DNA of 52,889 nucleotides from Chloroflexota bacterium (GTDB lineage Bacteria; Chloroflexota; Anaerolineae; Aggregatilineales; UBA2796), in NCBI GenBank assembly GCA_017743585.1, contig JAGHYP010000001.1, forward strand, positions 1 to 52,889, in the 5' to 3' direction. A program made the translations under genes and the position numbers. The notes under the pieces were generated by a model, which worked only from the letters and a program-made list of their open reading frames with translations, had not been told where the DNA came from and ran no database searches. Positions within the stretch are counted from its first letter, which is position 1; each line of letters opens with the position of its first letter. Shown here one piece after another: positions 20,049 to 29,946 of this stretch.

Positions 20049-21266
20049 TCAGTCCAGGAACACGAAGCGTCCTGTCTTGCCGTCAGGATCCATCTTGATC
20101 TGCGCGACGTAGAACCGCTCTTGCACGATCTCGCCGCCAGCAGGCGTGCCGTCATCCTTCGTGGTCTCGACGAACGAGATTGGGCCGAGCGGTGTATCGT
20201 ACTTGCCATTCATGATCTCATCGCGCAGCTCGGCGCGCAGCGTCACCAAGTCCATATCCTTGAGCGGCTTACGCTTGTCGAGTCTGGAGAGCGCCTCGAC
20301 GAAGACCTGAATGCCTGTGAAGGCTTGCGCGCTGAACTGCGGCGGCTCTTTCCCTTGCTTTGCCTTGTAGATCTCGCGGAAGGCGTTGTTGATCTCGCTA
20401 TCATACTGGTAGCTGTAGGCTTGGGCGACCAAAATGCCGTCGCACAGCGCCTGGCAAACAGGGAAAATGTTCGTCGTGTTCAGACCATTGCCGCCGACGA
20501 TCATGCCCTTGTAGCCCAGCTCGCGCAGCTGCCTGACCAAGTTGCCGCTATCAGCAGCCAAGCCGCTGATGATGACTAGCTGCGGCTCTAGCGGCAGCAC
20601 GTTGGTGATCTGCGTGGTGAAGTCCGTGTCAGTGGTCTGGAACGTCTGCACGTCCAGCAGCTCCAAGCCCAAGTCTTTCACAGTCTGCTGGAAAGTGCCC
20701 GTTTCCGACACGCTAAAAGCGTCATTCTGCGCATAGAAGACCGCCACGCGCTTGATATCAGGGTTCATCTTCAGCGCTTGCTTCACAGCGCTTGGCGCTA
20801 CGAGTGACACTGGCGCAGAGACGCGGAAGATGAAGCGACCGATCTGGGGGATGCCGCGCGCCGTGTTGGAAGGCGCAATGACTGGCACGCCTGCCTGATC
20901 AGCGATCGGGTCAGCGGCGAATGCGTGCTGCGAGAGCGTCGGGCCAAGGATGCCGACCACGTTCTCGCGATTGATCAAGGTCTGGAAAGCGTTGATCGCG
21001 CCTGCCTCATCGCCGCCAGTGTCGGCGAAAGCGAGCCGAAATGGACGCCCGTTGATGCCGCCGCGCTCATTGAAGAACTCCTCAGCGATCTGCGCGCCGA
21101 TCACTTGCTCCTGACCAAACAAGGCAACATTGCTGGTCTGTGCGACTGCCACGCCGATCACGATCGGCTCTTCTGCCGCCTGAACCAGCAGAACGCTTGG
21201 CGCAAGCGCCAACAGGGCAACTAGAGCAAACACCATCAGACGCTTGGGAAGACTAACTCCGCTCAT
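20049..21266 (-). CDS. Branched-chain/neutral amino acid ABC transporter substrate-binding protein (LivJ/K-like)
   Basis: Signal peptide, GGINGRP, type 1 periplasmic binding fold motifs; GAGGTGAGG SD. Confidence 0.92.
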   Translation of the reverse strand: MSGVSLPKRLMVFALVALLALAPSVLLVQAAEEPIVIGVAVAQTSNVALFGQEQVIGAQIAEEFFNERGGINGRPFRLAFADTGGDEAGAINAFQTLINRENVVGILGPTLSQHAFAADPIADQAGVPVIAPSNTARGIPQIGRFIFRVSAPVSLVAPSAVKQALKMNPDIKRVAVFYAQNDAFSVSETGTFQQTVKDLGLELLDVQTFQTTDTDFTTQITNVLPLEPQLVIISGLAADSGNLVRQLRELGYKGMIVGGNGLNTTNIFPVCQALCDGILVAQAYSYQYDSEINNAFREIYKAKQGKEPPQFSAQAFTGIQVFVEALSRLDKRKPLKDMDLVTLRAELRDEIMNGKYDTPLGPISFVETTKDDGTPAGGEIVQERFYVAQIKMDPDGKTGRFVFLD

Positions 21267-21313
21267 GTAACCTCACCTCGACAAACTAAAGAAGCTTTTC
21301 GCGGGCAGCCTCG

Positions 21314-21342
21314 ATTGTACTTGGCCCCTACGCCATGTGCAA
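21314..21342 (-). promoter_or_regulatory. Sigma70-type promoter of the liv operon
   Basis: TTGCAC-N17-TACAAT ending about 48 bp upstream of the ATG. Confidence 0.65.
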
Positions 21343-21720
21343 AGGAAAGCCTTGTGCAAACTGCATAAAATGCTGAGTTAGCTCTTGTGCCTGCGACAAG
21401 CTGAGATTCAGACTGCACAGAACGAGCTCTTCAAAACACCAGCACGGCGCGCTTGCAGCATAGCGCGCTCGCTCGCCTTCGCGCCGAGTGCGAATTGGCA
21501 GGGCGCAGCAGATCAAGCTTTCCAAGCTTTAGCGTGAGCCATATGGCATTTGAGTCAGGCGCGCGGAGCTCGCGCTGCGCTGCCGAGCGTCTCCAAAAAG
21601 CGTATCTCGGCCGCTCATGTGTAGCTCTGAGGCGATGATTCTCGGCTCAGGCGGAGCGGAAAGCTGAACTGACATCGCATCTGACCTACCCGGCGCGTGT
21701 GTTGCACAACGCATAACAAT

Positions 21721-22686
21721 TCAGAGCTCAACAGTGCGTCCTTCCTGAGCGAGCAGCACTTCGATCCCAGCGCTCTGTCCGCTGCCACGGCTACGAAACG
21801 TCAGATAGTTATAGGCTTCTGCCACAGCATTCCAGAGCTGATGGTCGGTCGCCATTGGGTCGTGATGAGTCAGCGCAAGGCGCTTGCAGCGCGCCCGGAA
21901 AGCGAACTCGGCGCCCATCTTCGGCGTGCTGTGTCCCCAGTCGCGTTTTTCATCAATTGCCTGTTCAAAGCTGTACTGCGCATCGAAGATGAGCAGGTCG
22001 GCATCGCGGAAGAACTCGACGTAGCGCGCAGTGTGCTCGGCATCCATGCGCTGATACTCGCCATCAGTGGCATAGACCAGCACCTTGCCTTGATGCGTCA
22101 GGCGATAAGCGTACGCGCCGCCGGGATGCGGGAGCAGCATCGCCTCGATCTGCACATCGTCGATCTGGAATCGCTCGTTCGGATCGAGGACTGTCCATGT
22201 ACGCGTGGCGCTCATATAGTCCATTGCGACAGGAAAGTAGACCTCGCGCTGCTGATCTTCAAAGCGCGTCATCAAATCAGGGAATGGGCTGTAGAAGTGA
22301 AGTTTGTTGCCGCGCACATAGGCGGGCGCGAAGAAGACGAAGCCTTGAATGTGATCCCAATGCGTGTGCGAGACCAAGATGTGTGCCTCTCCTCGCCCCT
22401 TGCCGAACGCTTCGCGCATCAGCGCGTTGCCCAGAAGGCGCATCCCTGAGCCGCAATCGAGGATGAGCAATGTCCCGCCTGCACGCACCTCCACGCAGGT
22501 TGTATTCCCGCCTACAGTCGAGGCGATCCATTGCGGCAAGCGCGCAATATACTGCTCAACGGCAGCCTGATCTGTCAGATTGACGCCGACTGCGCCCAGC
22601 AGCGCCGCCTTGATTTTCTCACGGAGTTCCTCTTCGCCCATAGGCGCTGGAATGCTGCCACGTGCGCCCCAAAACGTCACTTTCAT
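21721..22686 (-). CDS. MBL-fold metallo-hydrolase (phosphodiesterase-like)
   Basis: FWGARGS, GGNTTC, DCGSG, SHTHWDH, YATD, WGHS, THHDP. Confidence 0.9.
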   Translation of the reverse strand: MKVTFWGARGSIPAPMGEEELREKIKAALLGAVGVNLTDQAAVEQYIARLPQWIASTVGGNTTCVEVRAGGTLLILDCGSGMRLLGNALMREAFGKGRGEAHILVSHTHWDHIQGFVFFAPAYVRGNKLHFYSPFPDLMTRFEDQQREVYFPVAMDYMSATRTWTVLDPNERFQIDDVQIEAMLLPHPGGAYAYRLTHQGKVLVYATDGEYQRMDAEHTARYVEFFRDADLLIFDAQYSFEQAIDEKRDWGHSTPKMGAEFAFRARCKRLALTHHDPMATDHQLWNAVAEAYNYLTFRSRGSGQSAGIEVLLAQEGRTVEL

Positions 22687-22891
22687 GGCTTGTATCCTAC
22701 CTTCTGTTGCGCACTGTGCCGCTCAGCTGCCTGCGCGCGCCATTTTGCAATGCCGCGAATTATAGCGCGCTTCGTCGTGTCTTCAGGGCATTCCGCGCAA
22801 GCTGCTGTTATAATCTGAGACGAAGCCTTTCAAAGACCTAGCGTCTTGCAGTCAGTCTGCCACCAACATTGCAAGGGATTTCTGTGAAACA

Positions 22892-25039
22892 ATGCAGCTA
22901 CGCGAGCTCGTAGCGCGCCTATTCGGCAGCGCTCAACCTAGTTCTAGCCCGCAAGAGGCGGCGCTACGCCAGATCTTGAGCGAGGGCGACGCAGCGCGCC
23001 GCGCACGTCAGCCTGAGCAAGCGCTCGCGCGCTACCGCGAAGGTCTGGAGCGTGCGCGCGCCGAGGGATTGACGCACGTGCAAGAGGTCTTTCTTGGGCA
23101 GCTCGGCGCGCTTTACACAGATTTGGGCAGATTCGAAGAGGCAGAAGCCGCTTTTCAGGAAGCCCTAGAGCTTGCCAAAAGCGCTGAGGCGCCTTTCAGG
23201 CAAGCCCGCGCGCTCTTGAACTTGGGCGCTTATCACCTCAGACGCAACGCCTTGCAACCCGCAGAGCAGTTCCTTGAGCAAGCGCTCTCGCTCGGCAAGC
23301 GCGCCAACGACGCCGCTACAGTCAATCTGGCGCTCGGCAACCTCGCCGATATCTACTTGCGGCAAGGGAATGCCTCCTATGCGCTCCGTTTGCTCAAAGA
23401 AGCTCTGCCGCAAGCGATGCAGAATTCACAACAGAACTCACAACAAGCCATCTACATCCTAGGGCGCACAGGTCAGACACACTTGCACGTCGGCGAGGCA
23501 GAGCGCGGGCGCAAATTGCTGGCGCAGGCAATCCGCATGGCTGAGCAGAATCAGCAGCCAGAGCAAGAGCTGATGTGGTCGTGTGTGCTCGCCGACCACC
23601 TGTATCGCGAAGGGCAGTACGCCGAAGCGCTCGCCTTCTACGCGCGTGTGGAAGAGCTGAAAGAGCGCGTGGTCGCCCTGCCGCGCGAATACGACCCGCT
23701 CGTGAGCCTCTCACAGCGCGCGGGCGCGCACTTGCGGCTCGGTCACTATGCCGACGCAGCAAAGCTCGCCCAGAGTGCGCTTGAGGAAGCGCGCGCTGCG
23801 AATGACGTCGCAGCGGGGATCAACGCGCTCTTGATTTTAGGGGATGTGCAGCGCGCTCAGAAAGATTACGCCGCGGCGATCCAAACGTTGCAGCGTGCGC
23901 TTGAGCTGCAGCCTGAGACGACCAGCGCTGAGCGCGTGCGCACTTTGATCACGCTCGGCAGCTTGCATCAGGAGCTGGGCGATGCTGAAAAAGCATTGGC
24001 GCTCTTTGAGGAAGCGCTCAGCCTCACCAGCGCCGATCAGGAGCATCGCGAAGGGCGCGCCATGGCGCTGCGGCAGATCGGCGCGTTGCTGCACAAGCAA
24101 GGTGCGCATCAAGCGGCGCTTGAGAAGTGGACTGAGGCGCTCTCGCTCTTCGAGATGAGCGGCGACCATGCACATGCGGCGCGCACATTGTGCGATATCG
24201 CTGCGGTACGACGCGCCCTCTCAGGCATCAATGCCGCCATGCCTGATTATGAGCGCGCCACCATGCTGCTCAACCATGTGCGCGATGCCGCTACGCGCGG
24301 CTTCGTGCTCTCCAACGTTGCCACGCTCTACACCGATCTAGGCGAAGTGGAGACAGCGAAGTCGTTTTATGAACAAGCGCTGAACATCGCGCGCGAGACG
24401 GGCAATCGTCGCGCTGAGAGCGTGCGCTTGGGCAACTACGGTTGGTTTCACGTCATCACAGGGCGCGCGCAAGAGGGCGCGGCCATGCTGGAATCGGCGC
24501 TCGCCATCAGTCGCCAACTCGGCGACTCGCTGTTGATCGCTGTTCAGCTCAGCAACCTAGCGCAAGCGCAGCACGAGCTGGGCGATCTGCAGAAAGCAGA
24601 GCAGCTCTATCGGCAAGCGCTCAGCATGCTCGAGGGGAACGATAACGAGAGCAGGCGCTGGCAGGCTATCTTTCAGGCTAATCTCGCGCGCACGTTGATC
24701 GCACAGCGCCGCTATGATGAAGCGCGCGCGCTGCTTGAATCGGCGCTGCCCGTCAGCCGCGAGCTTGGCGATCAAGAGGCTGTGGCGCGCGCGCTGGTGC
24801 GCTTGGGCGAGCTGCATCTAGCGCAGGACAACCCTGCGGAAGCAGAAAAACTCGCACGCGAGGCAGAAGTGCTCGCGCGCAAGTTGAACTATCGCAAAGG
24901 GCAGGCAGATGCGCTCTGGCTGCGCGCGCGCCTTGCCCCTGAGGGCGATAGAGCGAACTTGCTGCGCGAAGCTAAGCGCCTTTACACTATCCTCCACGAC
25001 CCAATGGCTGAAGCAGTGGCGCGCTTGCTCGGCGAGTGA
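22892..25039 (+). CDS. Large tetratricopeptide repeat protein
   Basis: 715 aa made almost entirely of LG..Y...G....A...F..AL helical repeats. Confidence 0.9.
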   Translation: MQLRELVARLFGSAQPSSSPQEAALRQILSEGDAARRARQPEQALARYREGLERARAEGLTHVQEVFLGQLGALYTDLGRFEEAEAAFQEALELAKSAEAPFRQARALLNLGAYHLRRNALQPAEQFLEQALSLGKRANDAATVNLALGNLADIYLRQGNASYALRLLKEALPQAMQNSQQNSQQAIYILGRTGQTHLHVGEAERGRKLLAQAIRMAEQNQQPEQELMWSCVLADHLYREGQYAEALAFYARVEELKERVVALPREYDPLVSLSQRAGAHLRLGHYADAAKLAQSALEEARAANDVAAGINALLILGDVQRAQKDYAAAIQTLQRALELQPETTSAERVRTLITLGSLHQELGDAEKALALFEEALSLTSADQEHREGRAMALRQIGALLHKQGAHQAALEKWTEALSLFEMSGDHAHAARTLCDIAAVRRALSGINAAMPDYERATMLLNHVRDAATRGFVLSNVATLYTDLGEVETAKSFYEQALNIARETGNRRAESVRLGNYGWFHVITGRAQEGAAMLESALAISRQLGDSLLIAVQLSNLAQAQHELGDLQKAEQLYRQALSMLEGNDNESRRWQAIFQANLARTLIAQRRYDEARALLESALPVSRELGDQEAVARALVRLGELHLAQDNPAEAEKLAREAEVLARKLNYRKGQADALWLRARLAPEGDRANLLREAKRLYTILHDPMAEAVARLLGE

Positions 25040-25239
25040 TCGCACTGCGCCCTGCCGAGCGGCGCCGCTAGGCAAATTCACCAAGCCTGCCTAAAATTGA
25101 GTCGGCATGAGGCAGGCGGCGCGAGGCCTCGCACTCTGCTCCTCTCAAAATCAAAATCCAACGCGCCGACTTGCCCAAACTCTGTCTAACGCTCACGATT
25201 GAGCTTACACAGCTGACTAGCAAGGTCTGCACAAAGCAT

Positions 25240-26760
25240 ATGGCACGCATCATCGTCATCGGTGGCGGATTCGGCGGGCTGGGCGTGGCAATTCGCCTCG
25301 CAGCGCGCGGACATGATGTTCACATTCTAGAGAAGCGCGATAAGCTCGGCGGCAGGGCGTACGTCTACGAGCAGAACGGCTTCAAGTTCGATGGCGGCCC
25401 AACGGTCATCACAGCGCCGTTCATGTTCGACGACCTATTCGCAGTAGCAGGGCGCAAGCGCGAAGATTACATCCAGTTCGTGCCGCTCAACCCATTCTAC
25501 CGCATCTACGATCACAACAAGCGCTATTTCGACTATAACGGCGACGAAGCCTTCATCCTCGAGCAAATCGGGCGCTGGAATCCCGCAGATCGCGAAGGCT
25601 ATCAGCGCTTCATGCGGACTACGAAAGCCATTTTCCAGAAAGGCTTTCTAGAGCTGGCGGATAAGCCGTTCCTGAGCCTGTGGGACATGATCAAGATCGT
25701 GCCCGATCTGATCAAATTGCAGAGCTACCTGAGCGTCTATCGTTACACCTCGCAGTTCATCCAAAATGAGTTCCTGCGGCGCGTTTTCTCATTCCATCCG
25801 CTGCTGATCGGCGGCAATCCGTTCGATGCCTCGTCCATCTACGCGATGATCCACTACTTGGAACGCGAGTGGGGCATCCATTACGCGATGGGCGGTACAG
25901 GCGCTGTGGTCGCCGCGCTCGGACGGCTGTTCAGCGAGCTGGGCGGCACAGTGACGCTGAACGCCGAGGTGAAAGAGATTTTGGTAGACGGGCGCAAGGT
26001 CACAGGCGTGCGCTTGGCAGATGGCAGCGTCCTGCGAGCTGATATCATTGTCTCGAATGCCGACGTAGCGACGACTTATCGAGACCTGATTCCAGAGCAG
26101 TATCGCCGAAAGTACACCAATCGCCGCATTGAGCGCTATAAGTACAGCATGTCGCTGTTTGTGATCTACTTCGGCACGAAGCGGCGCTATCTGGATAGCG
26201 GCTTGGTTCACCACAACATCATCCTGAGCGAGCGCTACAAAGGTCTGCTGGACGATATCTTCAAGAAAAAGCGCGTCGCCGACGATTTCTCGCTCTACCT
26301 GCACATGCCGACCATCACTGATCCAAGCGTTGCGCCTGAAGGCTGCGAGAACTTCTACGTGCTCTCGCCTGTGCCACATCTGGGCAGCGGCACGGATTGG
26401 ACACAATTTGCGAAGCCTTACCGCGATGCGATCATGCAGTTCCTAGAGGCGGAATATCTGCCTGACTTGAGAGCGAACTTGGTCGCCGAGCACTACATCG
26501 ATCCGCTCCACTTCCGCGATACACTGGGCAGCTACTTGGGATCGGCATTCTCAATTCAGCCGCTCTTGCTGCAGTCGGCGTGGTTCCGTCCGCATAATCG
26601 CTCAGAGGACTTCAGCAATTTGTATTTCGTAGGCGCGGGCACGCATCCAGGCGCAGGGTTGCCGGGCGTGTTATCATCCTCGATCATCGTGGATAACCTG
26701 ATCGGCGATCCGGATAGCGAGCGGCGCGTGCAGCCCGTCGCCAAGCCCGCGAGCGCGTAG
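25240..26760 (+). CDS. crtI: Phytoene desaturase
   Basis: GGGFGG FAD motif, [44 protein letters not shown] at 25240. Confidence 0.93.
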   Translation: MARIIVIGGGFGGLGVAIRLAARGHDVHILEKRDKLGGRAYVYEQNGFKFDGGPTVITAPFMFDDLFAVAGRKREDYIQFVPLNPFYRIYDHNKRYFDYNGDEAFILEQIGRWNPADREGYQRFMRTTKAIFQKGFLELADKPFLSLWDMIKIVPDLIKLQSYLSVYRYTSQFIQNEFLRRVFSFHPLLIGGNPFDASSIYAMIHYLEREWGIHYAMGGTGAVVAALGRLFSELGGTVTLNAEVKEILVDGRKVTGVRLADGSVLRADIIVSNADVATTYRDLIPEQYRRKYTNRRIERYKYSMSLFVIYFGTKRRYLDSGLVHHNIILSERYKGLLDDIFKKKRVADDFSLYLHMPTITDPSVAPEGCENFYVLSPVPHLGSGTDWTQFAKPYRDAIMQFLEAEYLPDLRANLVAEHYIDPLHFRDTLGSYLGSAFSIQPLLLQSAWFRPHNRSEDFSNLYFVGAGTHPGAGLPGVLSSSIIVDNLIGDPDSERRVQPVAKPASA

Positions 26761-26773
26761 GAAGGTCTCGGCT

Positions 26774-27742
26774 ATGCAGGTTGAGCTGCCGAAGAGCAAT
26801 TGGGAATATCGCTTGCTGGCGCGCGCGCTTGAAGCGCTTGAGAGTCATCCCGCCGATAGCGCTACGCAGCACAACAAGAGCCTATTGGAAGCGTCGTATG
26901 CCTATTGTGATGCGCTCACACGCCTGCATAGCCGCACCTTCTACATGGCATCTGCGCTCTTGCCGTATGCAAAGCGGCGCGCTGTGCGTGCGCTATACGC
27001 CTTTTGCCGCGTCACAGACGATATCGTGGACGGTAGCCAAAGCGAAGCGCGCGCAGAGCGCCTTGAAGCGTGGCAACACACGATCAGTCTGGCGCATCCG
27101 CCCGCGAGCGAGCCTGTGGCAGTGGCGTGGGCGGATACGCAAGCGCGCTACCGCATTCCAAAAGGCTACGTTATGCAGCTGATCAGAGGCTGCGCTGCCG
27201 ACCTACAGCCGCGCCGCTATGAGACCTTCGCTGATCTGGCTGAGTACGCTTACGGCGTCGCCTCAACAGTCGGGCTGATGGCGATGCACATCATCGGCTT
27301 CACCAGCGATGAGGCGATTCCATACGCCGTCAAGCTCGGCGTGGCACTGCAGGTGACGAACGTGCTGCGCGATGTCGGCGAAGATTGGCGCAACGGGCGG
27401 CTTTACCTGCCGCAAGATGAGCTGAGCGCGTTTGGCGTGCGCGAGCAAGATATCGCCGAAGGGCGCGTCACCCCGAATTGGCGCGCTTTCATGCGCTACC
27501 AGATCGCGCGCAATCGTCAACTGTACGCTGAGTCGTGGGCGGGCATTGCCATGCTCAATAGCGAAGGACGTTTCGCCATCGCGGCAGCTGCTGAACTCTA
27601 TCGCGCGATTTTGAACGACATCGAGGCGAACGACTACGACGTCTTCCGCAGGCGCGCGCGGGTCAGCACGCTTGGCAAGCTGCGCCGTCTGCCGATCATC
27701 TGGCGCAAGGCGCGCCGCGCGCGGCGCAGCAAGTATGCTTAA
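26774..27742 (+). CDS. crtB: Phytoene synthase
   Basis: HSRTFY, YAFCRVTDDIVD, VASTVG, QVTNVLRDVGED, GRLYLP. Confidence 0.95.
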   Translation: MQVELPKSNWEYRLLARALEALESHPADSATQHNKSLLEASYAYCDALTRLHSRTFYMASALLPYAKRRAVRALYAFCRVTDDIVDGSQSEARAERLEAWQHTISLAHPPASEPVAVAWADTQARYRIPKGYVMQLIRGCAADLQPRRYETFADLAEYAYGVASTVGLMAMHIIGFTSDEAIPYAVKLGVALQVTNVLRDVGEDWRNGRLYLPQDELSAFGVREQDIAEGRVTPNWRAFMRYQIARNRQLYAESWAGIAMLNSEGRFAIAAAAELYRAILNDIEANDYDVFRRRARVSTLGKLRRLPIIWRKARRARRSKYA

Positions 27743-27778
27743 TCAAGTACGCTTAATCTTGAGACCATCTTCAGCGCA

Positions 27779-28603
27779 ATGACCTACCTTGGCTTTCTGG
27801 CAATCTTCGTCGTCGCGCCAATCTTAGCGCTGTGGGCGGTCGCGATATTGGATACGCGGCGTGGCATCGGCGTGCCTGCGCACATGCGCAGCTGGCACGC
27901 GCATTGGATCCTGCTGGCGCATGTGATCGTAGCCGTTCTCTACACCACGCCTTGGGATAACTATCTGGTGGCGACGCGCGTCTGGTGGTACGATCCAGCG
28001 CTCGTGACGGGCTTAGTCATCTGGTACGTGCCGATTGAAGAATACGCTTTCTTCGTCTTGATGACTTTGCTGACAGGCAGTTGGCTGTTGCTGGTCTTGC
28101 GCCACAAGCCTGAGCAAGCGCCCGCGCCCGTCAACGGCGTGCGCTTGCGGCGGGTCAGCACGCTCGCCATCTTCGCCGTCTGGTTGGTCTTCGCAGCGAT
28201 TCTAGCGCTTGGCTGGCGGCCGGGGACGTACATGGCGCTGCTTTTCGTCTGGGCGTTGCCGCCGATCATGCTGCAGACTGCCTTTGGCGCGGATATCCTG
28301 TGGCGCAATCGGCGCGCAATATGGCTCACAATCGCGCCGATGACGCTCTACCTCTCAGCAGCGGATAAGCTCGCCATCAGCAGCGGCACGTGGACGATCA
28401 ACCCTGAGCAGACTGTGAACGTCCTGCTCTTGGAGCGGCTGCCGCTGGAAGAATTCTTGTTCTTCTTCATCGTGAACGCGCTGATCACCTTCGGGATGAC
28501 GCTTGTGATGTCGGTTGAGAGCAAGGCGCGCGCGACGCGCTACCTGATGGTGCTGCGCAGTTTGTTCAGCCGCAAACAGACGCTGAAGTTCGGAAGTGAG
28601 TAG
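27779..28603 (+). CDS. Membrane lycopene cyclase (fused CrtYc/CrtYd-type)
   Basis: Two repeated cyclase domains with PWDNYL...PIEEY and AD...W...PLEEF. Confidence 0.85.
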   Translation: MTYLGFLAIFVVAPILALWAVAILDTRRGIGVPAHMRSWHAHWILLAHVIVAVLYTTPWDNYLVATRVWWYDPALVTGLVIWYVPIEEYAFFVLMTLLTGSWLLLVLRHKPEQAPAPVNGVRLRRVSTLAIFAVWLVFAAILALGWRPGTYMALLFVWALPPIMLQTAFGADILWRNRRAIWLTIAPMTLYLSAADKLAISSGTWTINPEQTVNVLLLERLPLEEFLFFFIVNALITFGMTLVMSVESKARATRYLMVLRSLFSRKQTLKFGSE

Positions 28604-28605
28604 TC

Positions 28606-29118
28606 ATGTCAGATAGTCACCTGCAGTTGATAGAGCAACAGCGCCGCGAGGTTATGCCTGCGCAGCCGAGCATCTGGCGCTTTTATGAGAAGCTCTCGCG
28701 GCGGTTGATCGCGTGGAACATCGTCAATCTTGGAACGGGCGTGGTGTTGCAGGCGCTCACGCCGTTTTGGCGCGGCGTTGGGGCGCAGGCAATCGGTTGG
28801 AGCATCGTGAATTTGGCGATTGGCTTTTTGGGGCAGAGAGGCAACGAACGGCGCGCTGCTCAGCCTGAAGCGCACACGCCTGAGCGCATGGCGCGCGAGG
28901 CGCGCAACATCCGCGCCTTGTTGTGGCTGAACGCAGGTTTGGACATCCTATACATGCTGGGCGGCTTGAGTTGGGCGCGGCGCGCCGCGCAGAGAGGCGG
29001 TCAGAACGCTGAGTTTCAGCGCGGCATGGGGGTGGGAATCATGGTGCAAGGCGGCTTGCTTCTGATCTGGGATGTGATCAACGCCTTGATCGTGCCGCGC
29101 TATCCTCAAAAGGATTAG
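28606..29118 (+). CDS. Uncharacterised membrane protein in the carotenoid operon
   Basis: About four hydrophobic segments with W..VNLAI, NAGLD.LY and QG..L...D motifs; 2 bp from the upstream gene and 6 bp from the downstream one. Confidence 0.75.
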   Translation: MSDSHLQLIEQQRREVMPAQPSIWRFYEKLSRRLIAWNIVNLGTGVVLQALTPFWRGVGAQAIGWSIVNLAIGFLGQRGNERRAAQPEAHTPERMAREARNIRALLWLNAGLDILYMLGGLSWARRAAQRGGQNAEFQRGMGVGIMVQGGLLLIWDVINALIVPRYPQKD

Positions 29119-29124
29119 GCGATT

Positions 29125-29946
29125 GTGCTGCCACCGGTCACGGCCTTTCAAGGCGCTGAACACGCGCCTTTCCTGATGCGAGGCGGCAAGGCGGCGGCGC
29201 TGATGATTCACGGCTTTCCCGGCACGCCCGCCGATGTGCGCCCACTGGCAGATTGCCTGAACGCGCTGAACTGGACAGTGCAGGGCATCTTACTGCCCGG
29301 CTTTGGCGCGCAAATTGAGACGCTGCCCAAGCGCACACACCAGGAGTGGGTAGCCGCTGTGCGCGAGGCGCTCCAAGCCCTGCAGAAGACGCACGCGCCC
29401 CTGCTGTTGGTCGGTCATTCAATGGGCGGCGCCCTCGCCATGTGCGTCGCGGCTGAGACGCCGCCTGACGGCTTGATCCTGACCGCGCCGTTCAGCAGGA
29501 TCGAGAACGTCCTGTGGAATATGATGCCTATCTTTCGGGCTCTCTTCCCTGAGGTGCGTCCGTTCCGCCTGCTGCGCCTCGATTTTTCCAAGCCTGAAGT
29601 GCGCGAAGGCATTCGCAACTTCATGCCCGATGCTGATCTCGACGATCCGCAAGTGCAGCAGGCGATCCGCGATCTGAAGCTGCCGATCAGCGTCTTTGAG
29701 CAGATCAGGCAAGTCGGTCAGCGCGCTTTGAGCCTCGCGCCGCGATTGAAAATGCCCGCGCTCATCTTGCAAGGCACGTACGATACGCTGGTGAAGCCTC
29801 ACCTGACGCGCCAGCTCGTCGCGCGCTACGGCGGCGCCGTGCGCTACCTTGAAGTGCCGGCCGAGCATGGCTTGATCGACTCGCGCGCGCCGTATTGGTC
29901 GCAGGTGGAGAGCGCCCTGCGCGAATTTGTGGAGCAGTTCGCATGA
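29125..29946 (+). CDS. Alpha/beta hydrolase (carboxylesterase / monoacylglycerol lipase-like)
   Basis: HGF oxyanion motif, GHSMG nucleophile, GTYD and AEHG completing the triad. Confidence 0.88.
   Translation: MLPPVTAFQGAEHAPFLMRGGKAAALMIHGFPGTPADVRPLADCLNALNWTVQGILLPGFGAQIETLPKRTHQEWVAAVREALQALQKTHAPLLLVGHSMGGALAMCVAAETPPDGLILTAPFSRIENVLWNMMPIFRALFPEVRPFRLLRLDFSKPEVREGIRNFMPDADLDDPQVQQAIRDLKLPISVFEQIRQVGQRALSLAPRLKMPALILQGTYDTLVKPHLTRQLVARYGGAVRYLEVPAEHGLIDSRAPYWSQVESALREFVEQFA

Noticed and set aside
23420-23446. 12-bp tandem repeat encoding QNSQQNSQQ
   Set aside because: Two imperfect in-frame copies in a TPR loop; too short to suggest phase variation.
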